Assembly (NCBI RefSeq): GCF_004010195.1
Contig: NC_057728.1
Coordinates: forward strand, 43,643,458 to 43,707,457
DNA length: 64,000 bases
Source of the DNA: Chiloscyllium plagiosum
Taxonomy: Eukaryota
Reading direction: 5' to 3'
Part shown: piece after piece, positions 50,021 to 63,925 of the stretch
Layout of the letters: each line of letters opens with the position of its first letter
Position numbering within the stretch: position 1 is the first letter of the stretch
Notes under the pieces: model-generated
Databases searched by the model: none
The model's input: only the letters and a program-made list of their open reading frames with translations
What the model was told of the DNA's origin: nothing
Made by a program: the position numbers and the translations under genes

Positions 50021-50584
50021 ATTCTGACAGCTGTCGACTCTCTGTTTCTGCAAAGAAACTCAGAGAGGGGTCACTTGTTGCTTTGTGTTTCCAATTTCCA
50101 ACTCTAATTTTATTAAATTGGCATAGGCCAATCTTTGAATTCCCATTCTTTTAGGTTTGTTTGCCAGCTTGTCCAACTAGGGATTTTCATTTTCCTTGTA
50201 TGCAGTGAAGAGGAGCATCAAAGAGGTAAAGTCATAGACAGCGAGATGACAATGACCAGAGGACACCATGAACATGAACCGGGCAGAGAGTAGAGAACGT
50301 AAAGAGGATGCATGATACACGCTGACTTCTATTGTTGGAGCCTTAACTTGCTGCAATCTTTGAGCAATGGAAGGACCCAAGAACACACATATCTCTGAGT
50401 ACAGAGAACTTTTGGGTGGAACTTAAAGAAGAATGGAGAGAGTTTTATTGAGATTTTTAGACTTAAAATTCAGTGTTTATGAAATACATTGTAAGAAATA
50501 GGAATTGCTTTGTATAACATTTCTACAATAGAAGTTTGTTTCAAACATGTAATCTTATGGCATAACTTTCATTTTTTTTTTAAA

Positions 50585-51260
50585 TTAGTTCCTGAGATGT
50601 GGCATTACAGACTAGACCAGCATTATTCCCATCCCCAGTTGCAATTGAGGAGGAGGAGCTGGACCACCTTGTTGAACATTTATAATCATTTAGGTGTGGG
50701 TGAACCTGCAGTAGTGTTAGTAAGGGAATTCCATGATCTTAAATATAGTGGCAATGAAAAATTATGATACAGTGTGAATTGTAGCTTGCAGAAAAATTTG
50801 CAGGTGGTACTGTTCCCAACCATTTGCTGTCCTTAACTTTCTAGATGGTAGACGGTACAGGTTTAAAAAACACCACTGAAGAAACATTGGTAAGTTGCTG
50901 TAATATATCTTGTAGATAGTACACTGCCACCACTATGCACCTGCTACAAATGCTGAAGGCATTGATGTGATGCCAAACAGATAGGCTGCTTTGTCCTAGG
51001 TAGTGTATGACATGTTTGACTGCTGTTAGAGCTGCATCCATCCAGCCAGTGGAGAATATTTCATCACACTCCTGACTTGCACTTTATAAGATGGTGGACA
51101 GGTACGAGAGAGACAGCAAATGAGTTATTCGCCACAATCTCCTAGTCTCTGATCTGCTCTTGCAGCCAGTGTTTAAAGGGCTAGTCCAGTTCAGTTTCTG
51201 GTCAACACCCTGGGGTGTTGATGCTGGTACTCAGAAATTGTAGTGCCATTGAATATCAAT
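50585..51260 (-). mobile_element. CR1/L2-like LINE 3' portion
   Basis: atggaatattctccac-like SPLAWM region and 3' tail related to 17300-18685. Confidence 0.65.
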
Positions 51261-51355
51261 AATTTATATTTTAAATGTTTCTGATTTCTTCAAAAACCAT
51301 AATGGGAGCAAAAGGAGAATCCATAACAAGTGATTTGTTGACTAAAATAAATAGG

Positions 51356-54300
51356 TAAAACCTCAATTTCTCTAGTCGTCCAAGCATTCCTTACACCTAC
51401 CAGCCTTTCCTTTCACCCTAACAGGAATATACTGTCTCTGGACTCTCATTATCTCATTTCTGAAGGCTTCCCATTTTCTAGCCATCCCTTTACCTGTGAA
51501 CATCTGCCCCCCCAATCAGTTTGTGAACGTTCTTGCCTAATACCATCAAAATTAGCATTCCGCCAATTTAGAACTTTAAGTTTTTGATCCAGTCTATCCT
51601 TTTCCATCACTACTTTAAATCTAATAGAATTATGGTCACTAGCCCCAAAGTGCTCCCCCACTGACATCTCAGTCACCTGCCCTGACTTATTTCCCAAGAG
51701 TAGGTTAGGTTTTGCACTTTCTCTTGTAGGTACATCCATATACTGAATCAGAAAATTTTCTTGTACACCCTTAACAAATTCCTCTCTATTTAAACCCTTA
51801 ACACTAAGGCAGTACCAGTCTATGTTTGGAAAGTTAAAATCCCCTCCCACAACCACCCTATCATTCTTACAGATAACTGAAATCTCCTTAGAAATTTGTT
51901 TCTCAATTTCCTGCTGACTGTTAGGGGGTCTATAATACAATCCCAAAAAGGTGATATTCCCTTTCTTAATTCTCAGTTCCACCCAATTAACTTTCCTGGG
52001 TGTATTCCCAGGAATATCTTCCCTAAGTATAACTGTAATGCTATCCCAAACCAAAAACACTAGTCCCCCTCCTCTCTTGCTCCTCTTTCTATCCTTCCTA
52101 TACCATTTGTATCCTGGAACATTAAGCTGCCAATCCTGTCCATCCCTGGGCCACGTTTCTGTAATTGCCATGATATCCCAGTCCCATGTTCATAACCATG
52201 CCCTGAGTTCATCTGCTTTCCGTGTCAGGTCTCTTACATTGAAGTAAATGCAGTTTCATTTATCAATCCTGCTTTGTCCTCTGCTTTGTCCCTGCCTGCC
52301 CTGACTGTTTAACTCGCTCCTTTTCTCAACTGTACTAGTCTCAGATTGATCTCTTACCTCACTATTTTCCTGGGTCCCACTCCCCTCCATCAACTTTACT
52401 AGTTTAAATCCTCCCGAGTAGTTCTAGCAAATCTCCCTGCCAGTATATTAGTACTCTTTCAATTTAGGTGCAAACCATCCTTCTTGAACAGGTCATTTCT
52501 ACCCCAGAAGAGATTCCAATGATCCAAGACTGTGAACCCTTCTCCCTTGCACCAGCTCCTCAGCCACACATTCATCTGCTCTATCCTCCTATTCCTACTC
52601 TAGAAGCACTGGGAGCAATCCAGATATTACTACCCTAGAGAAACTCCTTTATAATTCTGCCAAACTTTCTATATTTTCATTTCAGAATCTGCTCCTTTTC
52701 CCTTGTGTCCAATTACTTCCTGCTGGTCCCTTTCCCCTTTGAGAACATGCTGCACCCTCTCTGAGAAACCCTTGATCCTGGCACCAGAGAGACAACACAC
52801 CATTCTAATATTTCGTTGCTGGCTGCAGAAATGTCTGCCGGTGTCTCTGACTACAGAATCCCCTATCACAATCGATTGCTTGGAACCCAATGTACCCTTA
52901 TTAGATTAGAGCCTCTCTCAACATCAGAAACTTGGCTGTTCGTGCTACATTCCCCTGAGAGTCCACCACCCCCTATATTTTCCAAGACAGTGTACTTATT
53001 TGAAATGGGGATAACCACAGAAGACTCCTGCACTACCTGCCGAACTTTCCTACCTTTCCTGGAGTTAACCCATGTTTCTGACTGTATCTGCGACTTTCCT
53101 CCCTCTTATAACTGCCATTCATCACAGCCCCAGCTCTTGTAAATTGCTCATTGGGAGATCATATTGCGGCTGTACAGGACGTTGGTTAGACTACTTTTGG
53201 AATATTGCGTGCAATTCTGGGGTCTCCTTCCCATCGGAAGGATGTTGTGAAACTTGAAAGAATTCAGAAAGATTTACAAGGATGTTGCCAGGGTTGGAGG
53301 ATTTTAGCTATAGGGAGAGGTTGAATAGGCTAGGGCTATTTTCCCTGGAGGGTCAGAAGCTGAGGGGTGATCTTATAGAGGTCTATAAAATCATGAGGAG
53401 CATGGATCGTATAAATTAACAAAATCTCTTCTCTGGGGTGGGGGAGTCCAGAACTAGAGGGCATCGGTATAGCGTAAGAGGGGAAAGGTATAAAAGAAAC
53501 TAAGGGGCAACGTTTTCATGCAGAGGGTGGTACATGTATGGAATGAGCTGCCGGAAGAAGTGGTGGAAGCTAATATGATTGCAACATTTAAAAAGCATCT
53601 GGATGGGTATATGAAAAGGAAGGGTTTGGAGGGATATGGGCCGGGTGCTGGCAGGTGGGACAAGATTGAGTTGGGATATCTGGTCGGCATGGATGAGTTG
53701 GAAGGAAGGGTATGTTTCCATGCTGTATATCTCTATGAGTCTATGACTCTAACTGTCACTCTAACCGAACCATTTGATCTGATAAAGTTCGCAACCGAAG
53801 ACATTTCTTGCAGACATAATCCTCAGTAACATGTAAACTCTCCCTAAACTCCGACATCTGACAAGAAGGGCATATCACTCTACTAAAGACCATCATGCTC
53901 CTTCACAACCTGCAGACCCAGAGAATAGCACCGTCTTATTGCTCTTAAAAAACACACTGCTCCAGGCTAAATTAATACTTATGGCTTATATTTTTAAAGT
54001 TTAATCAAAAGACAGATCTCAATAAAACACATAATCAAGAAAGAATCCACTCTACTCACTATTGTTGATTTACAGCAAGGCTACACTTAAACATTATGCA
54101 CTTAGCCATTCCTGTGCTGTGAGCTCTCCCACACAGGTTCCTCCAAGGTCAGCTGTGAATTTTGCTGTTGGTTAATTTTTCTTGGACAAACTCTGATGTC
54201 CAGAGATAATTGAAAATCACACAGCAGAGGAAGTAGCTATGCAGATTCACTGTTAGGTCAGACAGAAGTGTCGGTTTCTTTCTCTCTTCCTTCACTGACC

Positions 54301-54482
54301 ATGTGCTGTCTTTGTCTGTCCATCTCGCTTTTAAATGTGCCGTTGTTTTATTTTTTTTTCTCCAAAGTTCCAAAACAATGCAACAGCATATAAAATAGTC
54401 ATTGCTGCTCCTGGAACTTAAGAAAATCACCTCCAATATCTACAGTACTTCAGAAAAGAAGTAGCTCTTATAGCCACATTTT
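51356..54482 (-). mobile_element. 5'-retaining, 3'-deleted CR1 (5' UTR, ORF1 zinc finger and esterase, ORF2 endonuclease)
   Basis: 240-aa ORF AITETW..YYRPP..GDFNFPNIDW..SDHN; IVIGDSVVR; zinc-finger remnant at ~53780-53870; stops at ~51356 within the linker homologous to 5460-5490. Confidence 0.9.
53153..53750 (+). mobile_element. CR1 3' fragment inserted in ORF1 of the minus-strand CR1
   Basis: Closely matches 6880-7470; ctctatgagtctatgactct tail. Confidence 0.92.
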
Positions 54483-55495
54483 TTTCAGATTACAATGTGA
54501 GGCAAGATTTTCTGGGTATTTGGTTTTAATTAACAGAGGGGTTTGAACTCTGCATCGTAACAATTTGGGAGCTCATCATCGATTTGGACAGATTTGAACA
54601 ATTTTGGGGTATGAAAGCTCCTAGCAGATTTAAACTCTTGCCAATTATAGTCCTAACCTTTTAATAAAACTTAGGTGAGAAAATTTGTTTAATTTCGATT
54701 ACTTGTGGTTGGTTAAATAAAAAGTGAGGGAAATGACTCTTTTAACATTGTTAAAGAGATTTTGGGATTTGAAGATGTTTCCCAAATTTGCCAAGACAGT
54801 TTAGAAAGACAGAGAAAGAATACACTTTTAGAATTAGCAAACAGTTTAACGAGGGACAAAAGGCAAGCTGAAATTGTAATGAAGTTAGTCAAGCACTTGT
54901 GTATATCAGAGAAACAGACAAGTACAGGAGAGTTAGAAAAACTTCAACTGAAAATGAGGCAACTGGAGTTAGAAGATAAAGAAAGGGAAAGAAAATTCTT
55001 AACTGCACAAAAGGAAACAGAGAGAGGAAAAAGAAAGGGAGAGAAGGTTTTCAACTGAGCAAAGAAAAAGAGAGAATTTGAACTTCAGACGCTGCGAATT
55101 AGTCAGGAAAGTCACGTTAACAGGATGGAGATGTAGTAAGAAGGTAGGAATGTATATAGCTATGTTAACACATTACCACATTTCGATGAGAAAGATATCA
55201 AAGCCTTTTTTTATATCATTTGAAAAATTGGCTGGGAAGATGGAGTGGCCAGAGAACTTGTGGGTAATGTAGGTTCAGACTAAGCTGGTAGGCAGAGCTC
55301 ATGAGGTATTTACAACGCTGTCAGATGAGGGGTCAAGATATGTCAAAAAGGCTATTTTGAGTGCCTATGAATTGGTACCAGAAGCTTATAGACCACATCA
55401 GAAACATAAAGGAGGAACCAGGTCAGACTTATGTTGAGTTTGAAAGAATTAAACAGAGCGATTTCGATAGATGGATGTGGGCCTTAAAAATAGAC

Positions 55496-55578
55496 AGGGC
55501 TTTTGCCAAAAACGTCGATTTTACTGCACCTCGGATGCTGCCTGAACTGCTGTGCTCTTAGAGGCACCACTAATCCAA
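55496..55578 (+). mobile_element. Short Penelope pLTR fragment in gag
   Basis: agggcttttgccaaaaacgtcgatt..ctcggatgctgcctga matches 16519-16570. Confidence 0.75.
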
Positions 55579-55583
55579 AGACA

Positions 55584-58500
55584 TGTTGTGGACCAGGCCA
55601 GACCCCCTCAAAACATTTCAAGAAAGTAGCCCAGACCCTAACTTTGCTACTTGTTTTAAGGAGGTGTATAGCAGATATTCCACGAGTAATGCAGCTGGTC
55701 AAACCACTTAAAGAAAACAGAATTTATTTACAAGATTACCGAATGAAACAAAAACAAAATAGAACAGAATATAGAATAACCTAACCTATCCAAAAAAACC
55801 ATCAGAGTATCCCAACTTAATGATGCTGTTCCAAATACTTGTTACAATCCCCACAAACAACCCTTAGCAAAAAAGGTGAAGTCAAATGCAGGGTCTTACA
55901 AGAAAGAGAGAGACAGCAGAGAGATTCAGATTGGAACACCTTCTTCCATGTAGCTGTTTTTTTGTATCAGCAGCCTTAAAACGACTGACTGCTTTCAGTG
56001 ACTGCTAAAAACCAAACCAAATCAAACTAAAGAAAAGCTGATCCGGGAGAACTGGCCAGTCCCCTTTCACTGTCAAAGCATTTTTTTTCCAAATTGAAAG
56101 CCCATTTTGCCTGAGACAGTATCTGTTAGCTATAACTAAATTGGCCCGAAACCCTTCAAACCTTGACCTTTTGGAATTGTTGCTTTTATAACCTCTCTGA
56201 AAAATATGTCAAGGACAACATAACCTTGTTAAAGGAGCAGCATCCTCAGACCTCCACCCTTAAAAGAAATGAACCATCAATATCCAAAGAAGGCTTCATT
56301 TTAAACCCCTTAATTTTAAACTGTTAATACTCTACAGTACATATATGCATTAAATTGACAATAATCTTGCAAACATGCACTACGACATTTTGATCCAGTT
56401 TGTTTTACTCCAGCCACCGAGTGCCTCCATTTCTCATTCAAGTCTCAACAATGCGTCGAAATCATGTTTTCATGTCCTACCATATGCATAATTTCCAAAT
56501 TGAATGGCTGTAACAAGAAGCTTTATCTAAACAGTCTGGCATTTTTGTCCTTAAATTTCTCCACAAACATCAATGGGTTATGATTAGTGTATATGATTCT
56601 CTCAGATACAATACTGGCAACATAAACATTGTGATTTTGCAAACACCAAGCTCAAAGTCTCCTTCTCAACTGTCATGTATTTCTGCTGATGAATGTTTAA
56701 TTTCCTGGAGAAATACCAGATAAGTCTTTCTATCTACTCATCATCTCCCTGCAAGAGGACAGCACCAACACCCTCATCACTTGCATCTATAGCCACCTTG
56801 AATGTCTTTGCACAATTAGGTGTGGCTTATACTAGTTAATACAGCTTTCAGCCTACCAAGTGCCTTCTGACAGTCCGCAGTCCACTGAAACTTTTGCCTT
56901 TTTTTTAGTAATTCAGTGAGTGGAGCAGCCACACTGCTAAAATTTGGTACGAAATTTTGATAAAATCCACTCAATCCCAGGAATCATAGCACTGGTCTTT
57001 GTCAATTGTAATCTCCAATTACCTTTGTTTTTCCATTCCATTGGGCCATTAGTCCAGGTCCAATAACATGGCCCAAGAAGGCAACTTGGTTTTTGGCAAA
57101 TTCATGTTCAGCCAGGTTTATCACCAAGCCTGCCTCCCGAACTCGATCAAACAATTCAGAAAGATGTTGTAAATGTTTCTTGCATGTGTGACTAAAAATC
57201 ACCAGGTCATCTATATATACGATACAATTGGGTTATCCAGCAATGGTTAGTCTCTGAAATGTGACTGGCATATTTTTCATACCAAAGGGCATGACTTTAA
57301 ACTGGTACAGTCTATTTGGCGCTATGAAAGCCAAAACTGTCTTTGTTCTTTCAGACAAAGGTACCTGTCAGTATCCTTTGACCAAGTCCAACTTAGAAAT
57401 ATAAGTTGCTTGCCCCATCTTTTCAATATAGTCTTCCAAACGCAGAATCAGATATGCATCAGTCCTTGTAACTGCACTGACTTTGCGATAATCCACACAT
57501 AACCACTGCGTACCATCTGGTTTTGGCATCATTACTATGGGTGAGCTCAAGTCACTGTAACTCACTTCAATGATGTCATCTTGGAGCGTACATTAAATCT
57601 CCTTTTGAACCCGTGCCAATTTGAGAGGGTTATGCCCATAAGGAAGTTGCTTAATCCAAACAGTAGCTCCTGTATCTAAATCATGCATAATTAGGTTAGT
57701 ACTTCCCAGCTATTTTGCACATATCTCCCCATGTGATAGTAATAATTCTTTCAGGTCATTTTGATTTTCCTCTGGAAACTAACTCAATAATTTATCCCAA
57801 ATTTTTACAACTTCCGCATTGTGCAATTTAATTTGAGGAATGTCCAATTCAGAATCCTCTGAATTTGTAATCACTAACACAGTCTCCTTTGGCTTTCCTT
57901 CCCTGTCAAAATACCTTTTGAGTATAATCACATGACACATTCTGTGAGATTTCTTTCTGTCGTGAGTCGTTTCAAATATTTCCGCTCACTCAATACCCTT
58001 TTGCCTTGATAAACCTTGCTTTTAAAGGTTCAACTATCACTGGAAGTAACACTAACATCTTACCTCCATGAGCAAAATGGTGAGGTTTTGATTTCTTGTC
58101 TGCTTCCTGTTTCAATGTATGCTGTGATACTTATAAATGCTGTCTAGTCAATTCCCCCACTCTATTTAATTGCTCCCTAAAATTTGACACATAGTCCAAA
58201 TATATGGTCTCAAAATTATGACTAACCAATCTCTCCTTAATCAATTTTAGCAGTCCTCTCATTTCAGGCCCAAAAACTAATTCAAATGGACTGTATTTAA
58301 TTGATGCATTTGGTGCATCTCTGATTGCAAAAAGTACAAACGGAATTCCCCTCTCCCAATCATTTGGATAGTCTTGACTATAAGGCCTCAATATGGTCTT
58401 TAATGCCTGATGCCACCTTTCTAGCACTCCCTGCAATTCTGGATGGTGTGCAGTAGATTTGAATTGTTTTATTCCTAAACTGTCCATAACTTTCTTGAAT

Positions 58501-61500
58501 AATTTTGATTAGAAGTTTGACCCTTGATCTGATTGGATCTTTGTGAGTATTTCATATCTCATGAAAAAATTGAGCAACTCCTCGACAATACATTTAGCTG
58601 TGATATTGCGTAATGGAACGGCTTTTGGAAATCTAACAGACACATCTCTTATTGTTAACAAATACTTATTCCCACTCTTTATTTTAGGTAGGGGTCGTAC
58701 ATAATCAATTAAGACTCTTACAAAAGGTTCCTCAAGTACGGGAATAGGTATTAAAGATACCAGTGGTTTTCCAATTACCTGACATGTATGACACATCTGG
58801 AAAAATTCAACTACATTCTTGTGTAGTGCAGGCCAGTAAAAAATGTTTTTGTGTTTTAGCTTGTGTGTTTCTCACTCGTAAATGACCCCCTACTGGTAAC
58901 TCGTATGCTACCCACAACACCTCCTTTCTATAACTGACTGCCAATATGACTTGATGAACTTCTGCCCACTTTTCATCTGCCTCAATATGTGATAGTCCCC
59001 ATTTTCTCACTAAGATATCATTTTCAAGATAATAGCATTCAGGGACAGACTTGGATTCTTTTTCTGTGATACAATTGCTTTAAATTTTCATCTTTTTACT
59101 GTAACTCAGTTAATTTATCTCAACTAAAGATGTCTGCTGTGTTATCTATCTGCTCCTGGCTTGTCTCAACTATTTGATCAAACAGGGTCTCTGCTAATTC
59201 TACTTCAACCTTCTGATCTGTACTCTTTGATCTCTCCTGGTGACTTTGTGACCTCATTACCACACAGCCCAGAAAAATCCCAGGATATGTGTCCTGCAAT
59301 AGTTCAGTTGCCTGAGTTTCCACTGGCTCTTCAACCACAATAGGCAGCACTCCGTCATATGAACCAGCTATATTGTTACCAAAGACAAATTGTATTCCTG
59401 GAGCTGAGAGCTTGTCCAATACTCCTAACATGACTTTGCCACTTTTCACTGGACACGCTAACCTCACTTTATATAATTCAGCGCTTCTTGTCTCATTGTG
59501 AATTCTATTACTCAAACGTTTTCTGCACTAGTCCTTCTGAAGTACATATATTCTCATCTTTCAATATCACAGATTGAGAGGACCCTGTATCTCTTAATAT
59601 TGTAATCTCTTTACCTCTTGATCCTGGCCTATGCAGGTAAATGGTTTAAGATCTGGCACTTCTTCTTTAACTGGTGACCAGTTTGTACGTTCTGGTGCAG
59701 CTTTCTAGCCTCCACTATGCTTTCCGTTACCACTCCAACAAAATGCACTGGCTTATTCTGTTTTCCTACATCTGGCTTCGCAGTGCTTTTCCTAATGCAC
59801 CAACACTGTGATTTCATGCAGCCTACATTATTACAGTGAAAACACCTGAGCTTTTTAACTTCTCTTTTCCCTTCAAGGGTTTACTTTTTACCCCTTGCTA
59901 AGTTATCCTTATGATCTTCATCGAGATCTACCTTTCCTTTTCACGTAAGGATTTCTCTTTTCCCCAATTTCTATCCCGAATGGATTGAAATTGATTTTGG
60001 AAGCCAAACTTTGATTTTTGGATCAACTCATAATCATCAGCTGCTAATCTTGTCATTTTAACTCTTTGCTCTTCCACATGTGTTCTCACTACTTCAGGAA
60101 TGAATTTTTGAACTCCAAAATAATTGTCTAAGAGCATCATAGGTTTGCTCTATTTTTAATGCCCTTATCCACCTATCAAAATTACTTTGTTTGATCCTTT
60201 CAAACTCAATGTAGATTTGACCAGGTTCCCTTCTTAGATTCCTGAAACATTGTCTGTCAGCTTCTGGCACAAGCTCAGATGCACTTAAAATGGTGTTCTT
60301 CACCTCCTCATACGTCCCAGATACCCCCTCAGATGGGTGATACCTCACTACCTCTGCCGACAAGTTTTGTTTGGATCAACAAAACCCACATGGTCAGTGG
60401 CCACTGCATTTGTTTAGCCACCTTTTCAAATGAGATGAAAATGGCTTCCACCTACTCTTCACCAAATTTAGGAAAAGTTTTAATATATTTAAACAGTTTC
60501 TCACCAGGACTTTGGCTACCATGGATTTGCTCATCCTCACTCTATTCTTCACTAAGCTTACCTTCAGCCTTCATCTCCATCCTTTTGAGCAAACTTTCCT
60601 GTCTAAGTGCCAATTTCTGAAGTTCAAACTTCTTTCTTAGATTCCCCTACAGTGTGGAAACAGACCCTTCGGCTCAACAAGTCCACACTGACCATCCAAA
60701 GGGCAACCCATCCAGACCCATTCCCCTAACTCTACGGACAATTTAGCATGGCCAATTCACCTGACCTGCATACCTTTGGACTGTGGGAGGAGACCGGAGC
60801 ACCTGGAGGAAACCCACGCAGACACGGGGAGAATGTGCAAACTCCACACAGACAGACCGAGGGCAGGAATTGAACCCGGGTCTCTCTCTTCCCTCTCTGC
60901 TTTCCTCGGCTTTTAGTCATAATTCATTTCTGATGCCCTTCCCTTGTCTTTTTCCTCTACCTCAAGCTGCTTCATTTTCAACTGAATGTTAGCCATCTCC
61001 AAAGATTCTGATGATGTTTCCAGCAAATTTAAATGCTGAGCTATTGCTGCAATTATCTCTCCTTTCCTCACAGAAGGAAGCAGCTTTAACTCCAGATTGT
61101 CTGTAATTCCAGTAGTTTGGCCTTAATCACCTTTTTTGCAAAATCCCCAAAAGTCACTTCTTCCACCCCCAGAAAACTCTTCGTGACTGAAAGAGCCAAT
61201 GCTATTCCAAGCACTGTTTAAACCAAATGAAATCAACACCAAAAACAAAAGACACTAACACATACCACTTGCTGCCTTCAAGTCCAGCAACCCTAACCCC
61301 AAGTTGGAACTACAGAACACATCCTGCAAAGAGCCCTCAATCTGTTTTGGATCAGGCCAGACCTCTCAAAACATTTCAAGATAATAGCCCAGACCCTAAC
61401 TTTGCTATTTGTTTTAAGGAGGCGTATAACAAATATTCCACAAGTAGTGCAGTTGGTCCAACCATTTAGTTTTAAACAAAACTAAATCTATTTATAAGAT

Positions 61501-62007
61501 TACCAAATGAAACGCAAACAAAGTAGAACAGAATATAGAATAAACTAACGTTTCCGAAAACCCCACAGAGTACCCAACTTAATGATGCTGTTCCAAATAC
61601 TTGCAACAATCCCCATAAACACCCTTTGGCAAAAAAGGTAAAATCAAACACAGCATCTTATATGAGAGAGAGAGAGATAGAAGAGAGATTCAGTATGGAA
61701 CACTTTCTTCCATGTAGCTGTTTCTTGGAATAGCAGCCTCAAAACGACTGGCTGCTTTCAGTGAACAGACAGACTGCTAAATACCAAACCAAACCAAATC
61801 AAATCAAAGAAAAGCTGAGCTGGGAGGACTGGCCACTCCCCTTTCAAGTTTTTTTAATGACTTGAAAGCCTTTTGCCTGAGGCAGTACCTGTTAGCTATA
61901 ATCAAATTGGCCTGAATATCCTTCAGACCATGACCTTTTGGAATCGCTGCTTTTATGAAAAAATGCCAAGGATAGCACAACCTTGTTCAAAGAGCAGCAT
62001 CGTCACA
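55584..62007 (-). mobile_element. Full-length decayed Gmr1-like Ty3/Gypsy element 2
   Basis: LTRs 55584-56250 and 61343-62007; TSD GACA at 55580-83 and 62008-11; PPT at 56251-61; PBS-like at 61321-39; gag (~59800-61200), LRDTG (~59590), INT (~58100-59000), RT (~57000-57650), RNase H (~56450-56900). Confidence 0.95.
60637..60882 (-). mobile_element. 5'-truncated HE1 SINE in gag of element 2
   Basis: Core and tail present; ends at aggaattgaacccgggtc. Confidence 0.88.
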
Positions 62008-63925
62008 GACATATGAGGTTCTAAGAGAGATAATTCTGCTGGAGGAGTTTAAAAACTCACTTCCAGAGATGATAAGCATTTATGTGGATGAACAGAAAGT
62101 TTAAGAAGTGAGAAGAACGGCAGAAATGGCAGATGAATATGCACTGGTGCATAAAGTGAATTTTAGGTTCCAGCAGGAATTTCATCCCGTGAGGGATAGA
62201 AATTCAGAGAAGCTGAGATCTGGCACTACAAAACAAAGAGTAGAGCACACTGACAATAGTTTACTACAGGTGAAAAAAGAATCCCAAGAGGGTGGAAAGA
62301 AGGTGAAAGGCCTCAGATGTAATGGAGTGGGACACATAATTATAGTGCTGATAACTTAAGAAAGGCACTGGGAAAAGATGTCTTCACTCCCATAAGGTGG
62401 GACATTCAAAGTCAAAGTGCTGGTCATTGAAGAAAGGTACTGTGGAAAAAGTTTGATAAAAGAGGCTTAACCAATGAGATTAATGAACGTAGTAAAGGAA
62501 ACCGCAGGGAAAGTTGAGGAGCTGCAGAGTCTAGGGTTTGAGTTAAAGCCCGATCACTATAAAAACTTCACATCTGTGGGTAAAGTTTACTCAGGAAGAA
62601 CAGGGTATGGAGAAGGGAAAGAACTTACAATTTTAAGAGATACGGGATCTGGTAAGTCTCTAATAGTAAGATATGAAAGGTTGAGCACTCTTTCTGACAT
62701 GATACCAGAGAGGCTGATAATTTGTGGAATAGATGGACAGAAATTTAGCATCCCCCTGTGTAAGATTACATTAGAGAGCCAAATCAAGACTGGGGGAAGT
62801 AACAGTAGAACTGATTGACAGAGTGTCAATTCCAGGAATACAGTTTGTTCTTGGGAACAATTTAGCAGGATGCAAGGTGGGAGTGACACCTCTTGTGGTG
62901 GAGAAGCCTAAGGAAAATGAGGGAACTGAGGAATTAATAAAAAAATACCCTGGAATTTTTTCAGACTATGTGGTAACAAGATATCACTGCATAAGTCACA
63001 GCAAGAAGCAAAAACTAAAGAGAAAGTCCAACGAGTTGAGGTTCAGTTAGCTGACACCCTGTTTGATGTAAGGGTGCAGGAAAAACCTGAACAGGTAGAG
63101 GGTCAGGTAGAGATGTTTCATCCCAAAAGGCTAATGGACTTCCAACAGAAAATTGAGACAATAAAAGATATACATATTGATGCCTACTCAGAAAAGGAAT
63201 CAGAATTTATTCCCAACGATCATTACCTTAAGGACATAATCCTAATATAAAAATGGAGACGATGACAGTTAGTGCAGAAGAGAAATGGGCAGAAGTGCAT
63301 CGGATTGTGTTGCCGGTAACTTACAGACAGGAAGTATTACAGGTAGCACTTGAATTACTAGAAGGAGGTCATCTCGGTGTGAGGAAGACTCATGCTAAGG
63401 TATTAAGGCACTTCTATTGGTATGGACTGCATAAGGATGTGGTTAAATTTTACCATACATGCCATACGTATCAAATGGTAAGCCACTGGCAGTGATAAAA
63501 CCAGCAACTTTGTTGCCAATTCCTGCATTCAAAGAACCTTTCACACGGGTTATGATTGATTGTGTAGGTCACCTCCCTAAAACTAAAAGTCGGAAGCAAT
63601 ATTTGCTAGCCATAATGAATATATCTACCAGATGTCCAGAGGTAATTCTATTATGTTAAGGCAAAAAGGGTGGTGGAGGAGTTGGTAACTTTCTTTATCA
63701 GGCATGGGCTACCTAAGAAGATTCAGTCAGACCAAAGGTCTAATTTTACTGTTGTTTAAGGAATTCATGGATAGTTTCGGCATACAGCACTTTAAGTCAA
63801 GTGTGCACCATCCTGAATCTCAAGAAGCTTTGGAAAATTGGCATCAGACCCTGAAGACCATGTTAAGAGCATTCTGTCGGGATTACCCAAATGATTGGGA
63901 TAAAGGTGTCCCATTGGTATTGTTT

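Larger units (their letters stand above)
54484..63925 (+). mobile_element. Third Gmr1-like Gypsy element (LTR 3' end, PBS, gag, PR, INT), split by nested elements
   Basis: LTR end ..cgtaaca at 54562; PBS-like TGGGAGCTCATC at 54566; gag PGQTYVEFERIK resumes at 62008 (TYEVLREIILLEEFKN); LRDTGSG; HLGVRKT..FYWYGLHKDV..CHT; rve core directly after PR with no RT between. Confidence 0.9.

Noticed and set aside
123..63925. Orientation bias of LTR elements relative to the putative host gene
   Set aside because: Both orientations occur in similar numbers; too few events
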